A stretch of 32,000 bases of DNA from an uncultured Ketobacter sp. (lineage in GTDB: Bacteria; Pseudomonadota; Gammaproteobacteria; Pseudomonadales; Ketobacteraceae), in NCBI GenBank assembly GCA_964016105.1, contig CAXHEX010000012.1, positions 57,855 to 89,854 of the forward strand. The letters are read 5' to 3'. Shown here one piece after another: positions 23,691-32,000 of this stretch (positions are counted from its first letter, which is position 1; the number at the start of each line of letters is the position of its first letter). A program made the translations under genes and the position numbers. The notes beneath the pieces were generated by a model. The model did no database searches. It was not told the origin of the DNA and worked only from the letters and a program-made list of their open reading frames with translations.

Positions 23691-26443
23691 GCATCGGCCT
23701 CCGTGCGTGTCAGCGCATGGTCATACCACATCAGCAGCTGCTCATCTTCCTGCAAGGAGGCTTCGGGAATCTTCTGCGCGAGCTTGATGATCGTCTGGTA
23801 GTCCTTGTTTACCCAGGCTGCCTTGAAGCCGGTGCGTAGCACCTCGAGGCGGAACTCTTTGAGCTTGCGACCAGTAAAGGCGAGGTAGGTCTCGAACTCC
23901 TTCAGCAGTGCCTTCTCGCGCTTCTTCTCCAGGTCCTGGGCCTTGTTAGGGTCGGGTACAAACCAGCGATCCTTGGCTTTGGCCACGAGGCGTTTATCAT
24001 TCTTCTCCAGGCCGCGCAGATCCTTGTGGTTGGTGGAGAGGTAGCTGTGGATCTGGCTGGGCACATCACCGCTGCCTTCGTACTTGAGGAAGTTGTCTTC
24101 CAGCAGGGCCGCTAGCTCTGGCTTGGCCTCGTGTTTGCGCCAACCGGCGCCCAGTTGCTTGGTGAATTCTGGATGAATCTCCTGGTAGGTGGACGGGCGC
24201 TTTTTGAGGAACTCGGTCAACCAATCAATGGCGCTGCGCTCGTCACTGACGAACAGCTCCATTTGCGGTGCCTGAGCCATCTGTGCGCGTTTTTTGTCAT
24301 ATTCGGCGACCTGTTCGGGCAGGAAGACCATGCCGTCAATCTCATTGAATCGGCTGCGGAGCCCGCTCAGGAATTCGTCGCTGGAAAGTGGTACTGGGGC
24401 GTCATGGCGGACAAACCATGCCACCAACCGGTCATAGATGCGCCGAGGGTCACGTTCAACGATGAACTCTAACTCACCATCTCTGGCCTTCGTAACCGAG
24501 AGTTGCTTTAAGTGGGTCTGTACGAAATCCCAAGCTGACTCGGGTGTAGCACCGCGCTCGGCAAAGCGCTGTTCCAACCCGCCGTTGGGCTTATAAACAG
24601 AGATAACCAAATCCTGTTTCACTGTGTTCGGCGATACAACTTGCTGGAAACTTCCTTGTTTCTTATCGAGTGCAGTGACCTCAGCCACCACGAAACCTGT
24701 CTGCTGAAGCGCTACTTGGATTGCGTTCCAAACGGCTGCTCGACTATTCGAAAAAACCACGGTCATCCAGCGTCCGGGCTTTAGCACTCGGTAGTATTCG
24801 CTAAAACATCGATGCATCAGATGCTGATATTCAGGGATTCCTTTCTGTCGAACTCGATCAACAATTGCCTCAGGATTTGGATCGGTCTTTACGCCATGCC
24901 AAGACTCCACAAGGAAATTCAGATCTGAATAATAGATGTTTTCTCCGAAAGGCGGGTCAGTAAAGATGTAGTCAATACTTTCATCTTCTAAAGCAAGGCG
25001 AGCAGCGCTTCCAGTATTAATAGCTGCAACACTTTTTGGGGCGTACCCACTAAATGTCTTGACTAGGCGTCCTAGCTTTCCATCGAGGATGTACCACGGA
25101 CTAGGCTCAGCAGTTTGAGATGCGACGTAGTAAACACCGCTTAGAAATTGGTTTACTTGCGAGAAACCAGATGGTCTAAATCGGTTCAAAATGGATGCTG
25201 TCCAGAATGCCTGCTCCACCATAAAGAGCAGCATGCCTCTGGTGCGTGGTTCTGGATATGTCCGAGCTTTATGCCACAGGAGCGCCATGGCGTGTGCAGC
25301 TCTAGGGAGAAACATATAGTGCATGGCAGAAGAGTTTGTTGTTTTCATTCGACCAACCCGTGTCATTTGACAGTCTGGGAATCGATCGGTGGGTAGATCT
25401 GCTGGCAGCGGAAGATCGGATATTTTTGCCAAATTAACCAAGTCAGCATCATCTGGCTTTTTAGAATGTTTGACTTTTCCGATCTTGTAACGAATCAGTG
25501 CCGGTACACGCTTAGGTCTCTTTTCGGCTTTTCCTGTAGCTGGGTCTATAAAAGTTTCAAAATGGAGATCCATCTGCTCCTTTTTCGCCTCTGCACCACA
25601 ATGCGGGCATATTAAAATGTCCGCTACCTTTTGCGTTTCTTCGTCGAGCGCAACTTCCGTAAACACCATCTCACCGGCACATGATGGGCAACTGAGCACC
25701 TCACTCCATACTGTGTAATCAATTTGCGCTTTGGTCTTGCCATCCGTATGCAGTGTTTCGTACATCCAGCCGATTTCCTGCTCTAACTCCTTGAGTAGTT
25801 TCTTCCCCGCCTTAGCAAACGACTCCACATCGAATGGGATGTTGTAGTTGGCGCCGATAAAGGTGGCTGCGGGTGATAGGTCATTGAGGATGACGCGTCG
25901 GGCACCCCACTTAGGCGCGGGGTGGCCTTCTTTTTTCCAGGTCATCTCCAGCTCATGCCGGTACACGGCAGGGGCCGAGCCACACCATTGAGTCGCCACA
26001 CCGGTCATGCCTGAGCCTGCGAACCCATCGAGCACAATATCCCCCGGTTGGGTGTAGTGCAGAATCGATGGGACGATGGCCAGATGGGGCACCTTGGTAT
26101 GGTAGGAGTGTGCTTTGTAGATCTGATCTGTTTTACCCACTGACACGTCGATGGCCAGCGGTTCCCGCGAATACTTCACTTCTGGATCGTAGGGCTTGCC
26201 GTAATGTGCGACAAAATCCGACAACCACGGATTGGGGCAAGCGGTGTAGTACGGTGGATCAGACATGGCGAGGATCGCTTCGTCCGGCCCCTGCGGGAAG
26301 CCTTCCTGCTTGCGGAATTCAGGATCCTTCAGCTTCTCAGCGAGAAGCTGCGAAAAGTGTTCCCGGCGTGCATGGTCGCTAGGAAACGTTTGGCCTAGGC
26401 ATTCGACAGGGCCGCTCGCCTGATTCTGTAGTAGATCATCCAT
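23687..26443 (-). CDS. pglXI: Large DNA (N6-adenine/N4-cytosine type) methyltransferase, PglXI-like
   Basis: 918 aa. SAM motif LDGFAGSGMTG, catalytic FTDPPFGENIYYSDL, a CxxC...CxxC zinc ribbon (CPSCAGE...CPHCGAE) between them, an extra N-terminal SDPPYYTACPNPW, and a roughly 400-aa C-terminal extension. Confidence 0.85.
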   Translation of the reverse strand: MDDLLQNQASGPVECLGQTFPSDHARREHFSQLLAEKLKDPEFRKQEGFPQGPDEAILAMSDPPYYTACPNPWLSDFVAHYGKPYDPEVKYSREPLAIDVSVGKTDQIYKAHSYHTKVPHLAIVPSILHYTQPGDIVLDGFAGSGMTGVATQWCGSAPAVYRHELEMTWKKEGHPAPKWGARRVILNDLSPAATFIGANYNIPFDVESFAKAGKKLLKELEQEIGWMYETLHTDGKTKAQIDYTVWSEVLSCPSCAGEMVFTEVALDEETQKVADILICPHCGAEAKKEQMDLHFETFIDPATGKAEKRPKRVPALIRYKIGKVKHSKKPDDADLVNLAKISDLPLPADLPTDRFPDCQMTRVGRMKTTNSSAMHYMFLPRAAHAMALLWHKARTYPEPRTRGMLLFMVEQAFWTASILNRFRPSGFSQVNQFLSGVYYVASQTAEPSPWYILDGKLGRLVKTFSGYAPKSVAAINTGSAARLALEDESIDYIFTDPPFGENIYYSDLNFLVESWHGVKTDPNPEAIVDRVRQKGIPEYQHLMHRCFSEYYRVLKPGRWMTVVFSNSRAAVWNAIQVALQQTGFVVAEVTALDKKQGSFQQVVSPNTVKQDLVISVYKPNGGLEQRFAERGATPESAWDFVQTHLKQLSVTKARDGELEFIVERDPRRIYDRLVAWFVRHDAPVPLSSDEFLSGLRSRFNEIDGMVFLPEQVAEYDKKRAQMAQAPQMELFVSDERSAIDWLTEFLKKRPSTYQEIHPEFTKQLGAGWRKHEAKPELAALLEDNFLKYEGSGDVPSQIHSYLSTNHKDLRGLEKNDKRLVAKAKDRWFVPDPNKAQDLEKKREKALLKEFETYLAFTGRKLKEFRLEVLRTGFKAAWVNKDYQTIIKLAQKIPEASLQEDEQLLMWYDHALTRTEADA

Positions 26444-26491
26444 TATCGTGATTCCTTATTTCTTCTTGTCGGCCCATGTCGTTCTAAAACC

Positions 26492-29400
26492 TCACTCAAC
26501 CACAAACCGCAGTTTGTCCGCGTCCTTGCCCTTGCAGCGATCGTTTAGGAAGGATTCGAAGCGCTTGCGCAGGTCCTCCGGCGTGGCGGGGGATCCGCCG
26601 GTCAATAGCGCCTTTTTGATGTCATCACTGGTGACCAGGATTTTTTCGAGGCCGGATAATGCCTCTTGGATACTGGCCACGAACTCGGGGGTGACCGGAT
26701 CAGGCAGGTCCTTCGATGCCAGGAATCCCTGGATCAGGTTGCGTTGTGCATCCTTTAGCAGCTCAAAGTTGGCCTGGATGATGGGGTCCTCAAGGTTTTC
26801 CAGCAGTGTTTGCTGCCAGTCAGCCAACATGCGGTCCAGTTCGTCGTCCAGTCCTTTGAGTACGTTGGCTGCCGGTAGCAGCTCGCCTTGTTCGTTGGCG
26901 GGACGGAAGCTGCAGTGGGGGCAAACCGGGCTGGCAACGAGTTCGGAATCCACCAGCGAGGCGCAGCTCTTGAGTTTGTCCAGTTTGTCGTCGAAGCCAG
27001 TGAGTTGGCCGGTGGGCATCAGTGAGATACCTGCCAGCGCACGCAGGGTGGTGATGCGCGCGTCTTTGCGTAGGGCAGACTTGGTCTTGTCTTCCGCTAC
27101 CCCGAGACGGGCCTTGCTGTGTTGGGCCACGTAGGCGGTGACGTAGTCCTTCTTTAGCGTGGCCAGGCGTTGGCGGTACTCTGCGGCATGCTGTGCGCTG
27201 CGGTCAGCGGCGAGCTGATCGAGTATCTCCTTGCGGGCGATCTGGGCCTGCTGTACCCAGGGATGGTCGGTTGTTAGCACCATCTCGGCCTGGGAGAGAT
27301 AGGCCGCCGTGGCGCCGAGTTCGGCGACCAGGTCGCGCAGCTTCTCGACCGTATCCAAAACCTCGAGATTCTTCTTTTGGGTGTCGATGTCGGCCTGGGT
27401 AATGCGCAGGTTCTTGAGCTTGCCGATGGTGTTGTAGGGCGACAGCTTCTCCAGGAACTCCTTGAGCGCTTCCAGCCGTGTGCGCCAATCCTGCAGCTCT
27501 TCTTCACGCAGCAGAGACTGGCCCCAGAAACTGAGGCGGTTTTGCAGGTCGGTACCGACAGTAAGCACCCGTTGCACCTGCTTGGCCACGGCATCCAGCA
27601 ATTCCTTGACCGGCTCGTCCTTACCCTGGGTAGCCATCTGAGCGAGGCCTGATGGCAGGCCCAGCAGTTCGAACAGTGAGCGCAGCACCGCGACGTTGAT
27701 CTCTTTGGGTGCCTCGACGTGCTTGAGCTGATGGAGTTCATCCAGGGAACGCTCGGCCAGCAGGGAGATCTTGCCGGAATCGATCTTGTCGCCGGTGATG
27801 GCCAGCACGATGTCGCCGGAATAGACCAGGCCGCCCAGCACGGCTACCAGCAGGTCGGGCTCCAGGCGGAAACGGACGGGTGCGAAGTATTCGACGTCAG
27901 TGGGGCCGCTGATCAGTTCACTGCGGTTGAGTACCTGGCCATGGCCTTTGGCCTGTAGCCGGTTCACTACCTCTTGGGCATATTTGGATCGCGTCGGCTC
28001 AATGCGGTCGCCGTCCAGCATTTCCAGCGCGTCCAGTATGGCGATAGCGTCCTTGGTTCGGGTTCCGCCAGCCAAGGCCTTCAGCGTATTGGTGATCAGC
28101 TGTTTACGGTTAGCCTCGGTTACCAGCACAGAGAAGGTGGGGTACTCCGGCGCCAGGTCCCCGAAGTGGGTTCCCAGCGCCAGGCCGGAGGTGACATTCA
28201 CGATGTCGCGGAAGTTAGCGCGCTCATCTGGCCCCAGCCGCAGCTTGTCGCGTATCGATACGCCCTTGGCCCATTCCTGCAGGGTTTTGGTTTTACCCTG
28301 ATAGGTGACCTCGAAGGCGGACATCTGCTTGTCTTGCAGCCATTTGCTCATGTCGCGCAGGGCATCCTTGGCCTTGTCCAGGTAGATGGCCTTGGCGGCA
28401 CCACTGGCGGTCGATGCCAGTTCCTGGGCGGCGGCGTAGAAGGCGAGATGGCGCTTGATGGCTTCGTCCAGCCCCTTGAGACGGAAGAACACCTCATCGA
28501 CCTTGCTTTCATCCCGGAAACGGGGCGGCTCGAAGGGTTGGATGAAGTAGATATAGAAGTCGCGCTCCGGCTGCGCCGTGGGACGGTCGTTGGGCGCACC
28601 CAGGAACAGGTAACCGTTGCGCTCTACACGGTGGTCCTGCCACTCAACCTGATGTTGCCAGATCTTGTAGCCGGTGACATAGGCATGCTCATCGGTACAT
28701 TCCATGAGCTGCATCAGGGCGCTGTAGTAGGCGCGGTCCAGCGCGTCATCAGACAATGCTTCCGCGCGTTTCTCGATCTGGGCGTCGTAGTCGACGTCCT
28801 TCTTGAGATCGAGGTAATACTGTTCGGTGTCCGGCGCCTTGGAGATAAACTGGCCGTTGACCGTTTTGACGATCTCGCGCAGGGTGGTCTGCACTGCGGT
28901 CAGCAGGTCATCGGACGGTTCACCACCCATGTCCTCGATGCCGGGCTGATACAGGCAAAGGGTGTCACGCAGCTCCTCGGCTGTTGGTCCCACCGGTACA
29001 TAGATATCGCCGCCCGTGGTCAGGCGGTGGACGGACAGTCCCTTGATGACCCGCGCGGCCATCGCCTTGTAGGCTGGTCGGGTAAACGCTTTCTGCACCC
29101 GTTCGGCAAGCACCTCTGCCACCGCCAGTACCGGGCCGATATTGGGGTCTGAGCGTAGTACGGAGTTGCTGGTGACCGTTTCCCAGAATTTATCGAAACC
29201 AATCAGTCCGGGGTGACCGGTTGGCACTGTTTCGTCGAGGATGTCCTGAATCTGATCGCGCAGGGTCACCAGCGCACCGCGTTTTTCGGTGAATACCAGC
29301 TGCTCGAAGGTGTTGATGTAATCGGGGTGCACCGGGAACAAGCGGACGTATTCATCCATCCGCTCGTTCATGTTGCTGTAAAACTTGGAAAAAGGCGTGA

Positions 29401-30217
29401 GGTAGTTGCGGATCTTGTCCTGCTGATCGGCTGATTTCTTGAGTAGACGCTCGGCTACGACAAAGCTCACATCCTGACGGGCGAGCAGCACCTGGGTGAA
29501 GCGCTCGCTTACCCGACGCAGGCTGTCGGCCACATGCTGGAAACGGCTGCTGTCGAAGATGGCCTCCTGCACGCCAGCCACGAAGCGGAAGCGCAGGTGC
29601 TTGGTGACTTCGCCGATTTCTCGCAGGAATGAGAGATCGAGGACCAGGTCGTGGTCCTTGCGGGAGCGCAGGTATTCGAGAAACTCATCGACGACGAGCA
29701 GCAGCCCCTGGTTAGGATGTACCTCGTCGAAGGCGGCCATCATCTTCTCAAAGGCAGCCTTGTTGTTGACCACTTTGTCGGCAGGCGGAAAGCTGAAGCT
29801 GACACCCTGGCTTTCCAGGAAGAGTTCGAGTTCCTGGGTGATGATGTCACGCAGGGGCATCTGGCTGGAGATTTCGACGCGGTGCACTTTGAACTTGCCC
29901 GCAATAGTTTCTGCGGCTTTAGCGACCTTCGAGTGGCGGATCATCGGGACAAAGGCGGTGTCCTCTGCGATCAGCGACAACACGGACATCAAGTGCGACT
30001 TACCGGTGCCGTAGTTACCCACGACAAGCACGCCCTTGTGATCGACCGATTCATCGAACGAAAGCTGCGGGATCATCTGTTTGGCAATCCGTTCCGCCAT
30101 GTCATCGGATATGACGTAGGTTGCGACGAGTTTCTTTGCCTCGTCGGGCCGATTTGCATCGAGCAATTGAATGACCGACTCAATCGGCTCGAACTGTATG
30201 AGATCCCCGTAGCGCAT
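26492..30217 (-). CDS. brxC: Large P-loop ATPase, BrxC/PglY-like
   Basis: 1241 aa. Walker A GNYGTGKSH and Walker B LLLVVDEFLEY near the N-terminus, then a long helical remainder. GAGAGGAAAA Shine-Dalgarno sequence upstream. Confidence 0.8.
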   Translation of the reverse strand: MRYGDLIQFEPIESVIQLLDANRPDEAKKLVATYVISDDMAERIAKQMIPQLSFDESVDHKGVLVVGNYGTGKSHLMSVLSLIAEDTAFVPMIRHSKVAKAAETIAGKFKVHRVEISSQMPLRDIITQELELFLESQGVSFSFPPADKVVNNKAAFEKMMAAFDEVHPNQGLLLVVDEFLEYLRSRKDHDLVLDLSFLREIGEVTKHLRFRFVAGVQEAIFDSSRFQHVADSLRRVSERFTQVLLARQDVSFVVAERLLKKSADQQDKIRNYLTPFSKFYSNMNERMDEYVRLFPVHPDYINTFEQLVFTEKRGALVTLRDQIQDILDETVPTGHPGLIGFDKFWETVTSNSVLRSDPNIGPVLAVAEVLAERVQKAFTRPAYKAMAARVIKGLSVHRLTTGGDIYVPVGPTAEELRDTLCLYQPGIEDMGGEPSDDLLTAVQTTLREIVKTVNGQFISKAPDTEQYYLDLKKDVDYDAQIEKRAEALSDDALDRAYYSALMQLMECTDEHAYVTGYKIWQHQVEWQDHRVERNGYLFLGAPNDRPTAQPERDFYIYFIQPFEPPRFRDESKVDEVFFRLKGLDEAIKRHLAFYAAAQELASTASGAAKAIYLDKAKDALRDMSKWLQDKQMSAFEVTYQGKTKTLQEWAKGVSIRDKLRLGPDERANFRDIVNVTSGLALGTHFGDLAPEYPTFSVLVTEANRKQLITNTLKALAGGTRTKDAIAILDALEMLDGDRIEPTRSKYAQEVVNRLQAKGHGQVLNRSELISGPTDVEYFAPVRFRLEPDLLVAVLGGLVYSGDIVLAITGDKIDSGKISLLAERSLDELHQLKHVEAPKEINVAVLRSLFELLGLPSGLAQMATQGKDEPVKELLDAVAKQVQRVLTVGTDLQNRLSFWGQSLLREEELQDWRTRLEALKEFLEKLSPYNTIGKLKNLRITQADIDTQKKNLEVLDTVEKLRDLVAELGATAAYLSQAEMVLTTDHPWVQQAQIARKEILDQLAADRSAQHAAEYRQRLATLKKDYVTAYVAQHSKARLGVAEDKTKSALRKDARITTLRALAGISLMPTGQLTGFDDKLDKLKSCASLVDSELVASPVCPHCSFRPANEQGELLPAANVLKGLDDELDRMLADWQQTLLENLEDPIIQANFELLKDAQRNLIQGFLASKDLPDPVTPEFVASIQEALSGLEKILVTSDDIKKALLTGGSPATPEDLRKRFESFLNDRCKGKDADKLRFVVE

Positions 30218-30229
30218 AAGTTTTCCTCT

Positions 30230-30706
30230 CTAACCCTTTTTTTCAATTACAAATGGGACCAGGCCATCCAGGCCGTAGTCCTGATATTCCGGATGCCCCA
30301 TCTGGGCATAGGTCAATCGACCATCAACGAGCTCCCCTGGCCATACCGCCACCACTCGTCGGCTGTGAGCGTGGCGCTTGAGCAGATCCAACGGATCGAG
30401 CTTGAGCGTCTGATCGAATAGCAGCTCGATGTTGTCGAGCAGCAGCAAATCGCCATTGGCGTCCTCATCGGCCAGCTCGCGCAGAATGACGTTGGTCTGC
30501 AGCGCCCTTTGCCGCTGAGGTATTGCCGCGAGACGGTTTCCTGCCGTCGCACCGACATTCATTACCTTCATATCCCGCTGATTGGCCAGTGCGGCAAGGA
30601 GGGCTGTCTTGCCACTGCCTGGCTGGCCTATCAACAGGATCAGCTTGCTGTGCAGTGCGCCCACCTCGTCGACAAGTTGTGCAAGTTTTTCCAGCATCCG
30701 CACCAT
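30230..30706 (-). CDS. brxF: Small P-loop ATPase, BrxF-like
   Basis: The start is placed at the ATG at 30706 (MVRMLEKL), overlapping the upstream stop by 1 nt (TGATG). An ATG at 30697 is an alternative. Walker A GQPGSGKT and Walker B LLLLDNIE. About 158 aa. Confidence 0.65.
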   Translation of the reverse strand: MVRMLEKLAQLVDEVGALHSKLILLIGQPGSGKTALLAALANQRDMKVMNVGATAGNRLAAIPQRQRALQTNVILRELADEDANGDLLLLDNIELLFDQTLKLDPLDLLKRHAHSRRVVAVWPGELVDGRLTYAQMGHPEYQDYGLDGLVPFVIEKKG

Positions 30707-31653
30707 CACTCCATCTCGGCTTCGAGCCGCTGCTGATCGGGGGATCGATAGCCAGGTGCGATAACAAGGTTCTCTACGCCATAGAGTGCCTGCCTGTTCT
30801 TCAGCCAAAGGTGGTACTCAGGTCCTTTTAGACTGTGATCTTCTGAGCAGTCCACATTCCACCGGCGAAGTACGTAACCTGCGACAGCAGCTCGAACGTT
30901 GACATTCAACACTCCGTTTTGCATGTCGTAGTCGGCTTCTATTGTTTTGGGATGCTTGAGACTGGGATGTGGCACGATTTCCAGTTCTACAATTCGATTC
31001 CACTGGATATCCGATTCCCGAGTTTCATGTTCTTTGATCATGCTGTCGGTGATCGTCGGGTCAAAGATGCGCGTGATTACGAAATCTGAGAATCTGGATT
31101 GCCGCCGGTCGTAGCCGCGGACATGCCAGCGCAGACCGTTATCTACCAGTACAAATGGCACAATTTCACGTGTAGTTCGGCCGCTGCTCAGGGAGCGGTA
31201 GCCAATTTTTACCGCTTTTTCTTGATGGATCGCGCGGGTTAAAACAGACAGCGTCGATAGGGAAGGCCTGTTCAGTTGTGCGGGCATCTCGCACGCAATG
31301 AAGCCCTTGTGCGTACCAACGAAGTCATCACCGAATCCGTATGCAAGGGCTGCCAGCGCCTGGCTGGAGGAGTAGTCGAAAAGCGGTTCAAAAGCGTTCG
31401 AGCGGGTGTAGATTTTGGCCTTGGTGTCGTATTCCAGATTCTTCGGGGCCAGTTCCTTATATAAGGTGATGTCCCTGGTCGCAGCCGCTTCCTTGATGCC
31501 AAATCGGCTGACGATGTCATTTCGGCCGATGGTGCCCAGGAAGCAGACCTTGAAATCGATGTGAGACAAGCGTTCCTTCTGCGTCTGATTAATATCTTCT
31601 AGCCGCATGACTGGCATGTGATCACCTATTTTTGCCGCATTCGTACCCATCAT
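30706..31653 (-). CDS. brxR: WYL-domain transcriptional regulator with N-terminal wHTH (BrxR-like)
   Basis: WYL-type segment IGYRSLSSGRTTREIVPFVLVDNGLRWHVRGYDRRQSRFSDFVITRI. Putative N-terminal HTH DIVSRFGIKEAAATRDITLYKE. The start is uncertain: 31653 has no Shine-Dalgarno sequence, while 31617 is preceded by AGGTGA. Confidence 0.75.
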   Translation of the reverse strand: MMGTNAAKIGDHMPVMRLEDINQTQKERLSHIDFKVCFLGTIGRNDIVSRFGIKEAAATRDITLYKELAPKNLEYDTKAKIYTRSNAFEPLFDYSSSQALAALAYGFGDDFVGTHKGFIACEMPAQLNRPSLSTLSVLTRAIHQEKAVKIGYRSLSSGRTTREIVPFVLVDNGLRWHVRGYDRRQSRFSDFVITRIFDPTITDSMIKEHETRESDIQWNRIVELEIVPHPSLKHPKTIEADYDMQNGVLNVNVRAAVAGYVLRRWNVDCSEDHSLKGPEYHLWLKNRQALYGVENLVIAPGYRSPDQQRLEAEME

Positions 31654-31740
31654 GGCCGGTTATGATAATAAATAAATCATGTCAGAGTCAATATAAGATG
31701 TTGACATCATCAAAATGATTATGATTTAATCGGACGCTAA
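31654..31740. promoter_or_regulatory. AT-rich control region upstream of brxR, with repeated ATGAT/ATCAT half-sites and candidate divergent promoters
   Basis: - strand: TTGACT (31691-31686), 18 nt, TATCAT (31667-31662). + strand: TTGACA (31701-31706), 18 nt, TTTAAT. ATGAT/ATCAT pentamers start at 31662, 31676, 31706, 31715 and 31721. Two pairs form inverted repeats (ATGAT-N9-ATCAT and ATCAT-N4-ATGAT). Confidence 0.45.
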
Positions 31741-32000
31741 GTGACTGAACCCTGTTTAGCCTGGTGCTAAGCGCAGAGATCTCTGGACAGGAAACAAAGG
31801 TGAGTTCTGGAAATCCAGAAAATCATCGGTGGGCAGTTTGGGTCTATCGGCACACAAAAATTGGAGTTACTGGAGTTGCGATGCAAGGCAAAAACAAAGA
31901 ACGGCCTGAATTGCAAGAACCGAGCTTTACAAGGCGGTTCGTTTTGTTCTGTGCACAGCGACAGGTTGGATGTTGATGGTCTCGGTGATGCGTTGATTGG

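Noticed and set aside
27974-29152. 392-aa + strand ORF, plus others (21238-22122, 26448-27134, 29496-30014, 29651-30421), antisense to BREX genes
   Set aside because: These are shadow frames opposite long genes that carry clear Walker, helicase or methyltransferase motifs. Their translations are compositionally biased (Ser/Arg/Gly/Val-rich) with no recognisable domain.
31764-31976. 70-aa GTG-initiated + strand ORF divergent from brxR, considered as a possible Cro-like partner regulator
   Set aside because: It has no HTH-like segment, no Shine-Dalgarno sequence, an odd composition and an alternative start codon. It is not supportable as a gene from sequence alone.
1-32000. Search by eye for CRISPR arrays, tRNA/rRNA genes, IS elements, integrase/att sites and retron-like or reverse-transcriptase genes
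   Set aside because: I found no regularly spaced direct repeats, no cloverleaf-like or rRNA-like segments, and no transposase, integrase or reverse-transcriptase motifs in any long ORF. The ICE ends are presumably outside this window.

Overview
The window has two parts. (1) Bases 1-15666, all on the + strand, hold a tightly packed and often translationally coupled conjugation (mating-pair formation) module. It looks like the genomic-island / ICEclc / PFGI-1 / pKLC102 class of integrative conjugative elements (MPF_G type IV secretion). It includes a TraD-like coupling ATPase, a roughly 926-aa VirB4/TraC-like ATPase, a pilin-like protein, a lipoprotein, a TraU-like protein, a TraG N-terminal-domain protein and many small 'PFL_47xx-family' membrane proteins. 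(2) Bases 15672-31653, all on the - strand and convergent with the ICE genes, hold cargo. The main cargo is a complete seven-gene locus whose order and motifs match a type 3 BREX phage-defence system. The order is WYL regulator (BrxR-like), BrxF P-loop protein, BrxC/PglY large ATPase, PglXI DNA methyltransferase, BrxHII SNF2-type helicase, PglZ, then a putative BrxA. Downstream of it sits a two-gene XRE-HTH plus 332-aa unknown-protein operon, driven by what looks like a leaderless promoter buried in a perfect 22-bp palindrome. After that comes a visibly lower-GC cassette with a GNAT acetyltransferase and two tiny membrane peptides. I saw no rRNA, tRNA, CRISPR array, transposase or integrase. 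All family assignments rest on motif recognition and remembered synteny, not on searches. The candidates most worth follow-up are the ICE-borne BREX-3 locus, a type that to my knowledge has had little experimental study, and the uncharacterised HTH/332-aa/GNAT cluster appended to it. A conserved roughly 45-bp motif at the same distance upstream of two ICE transfer operons is also worth a look.
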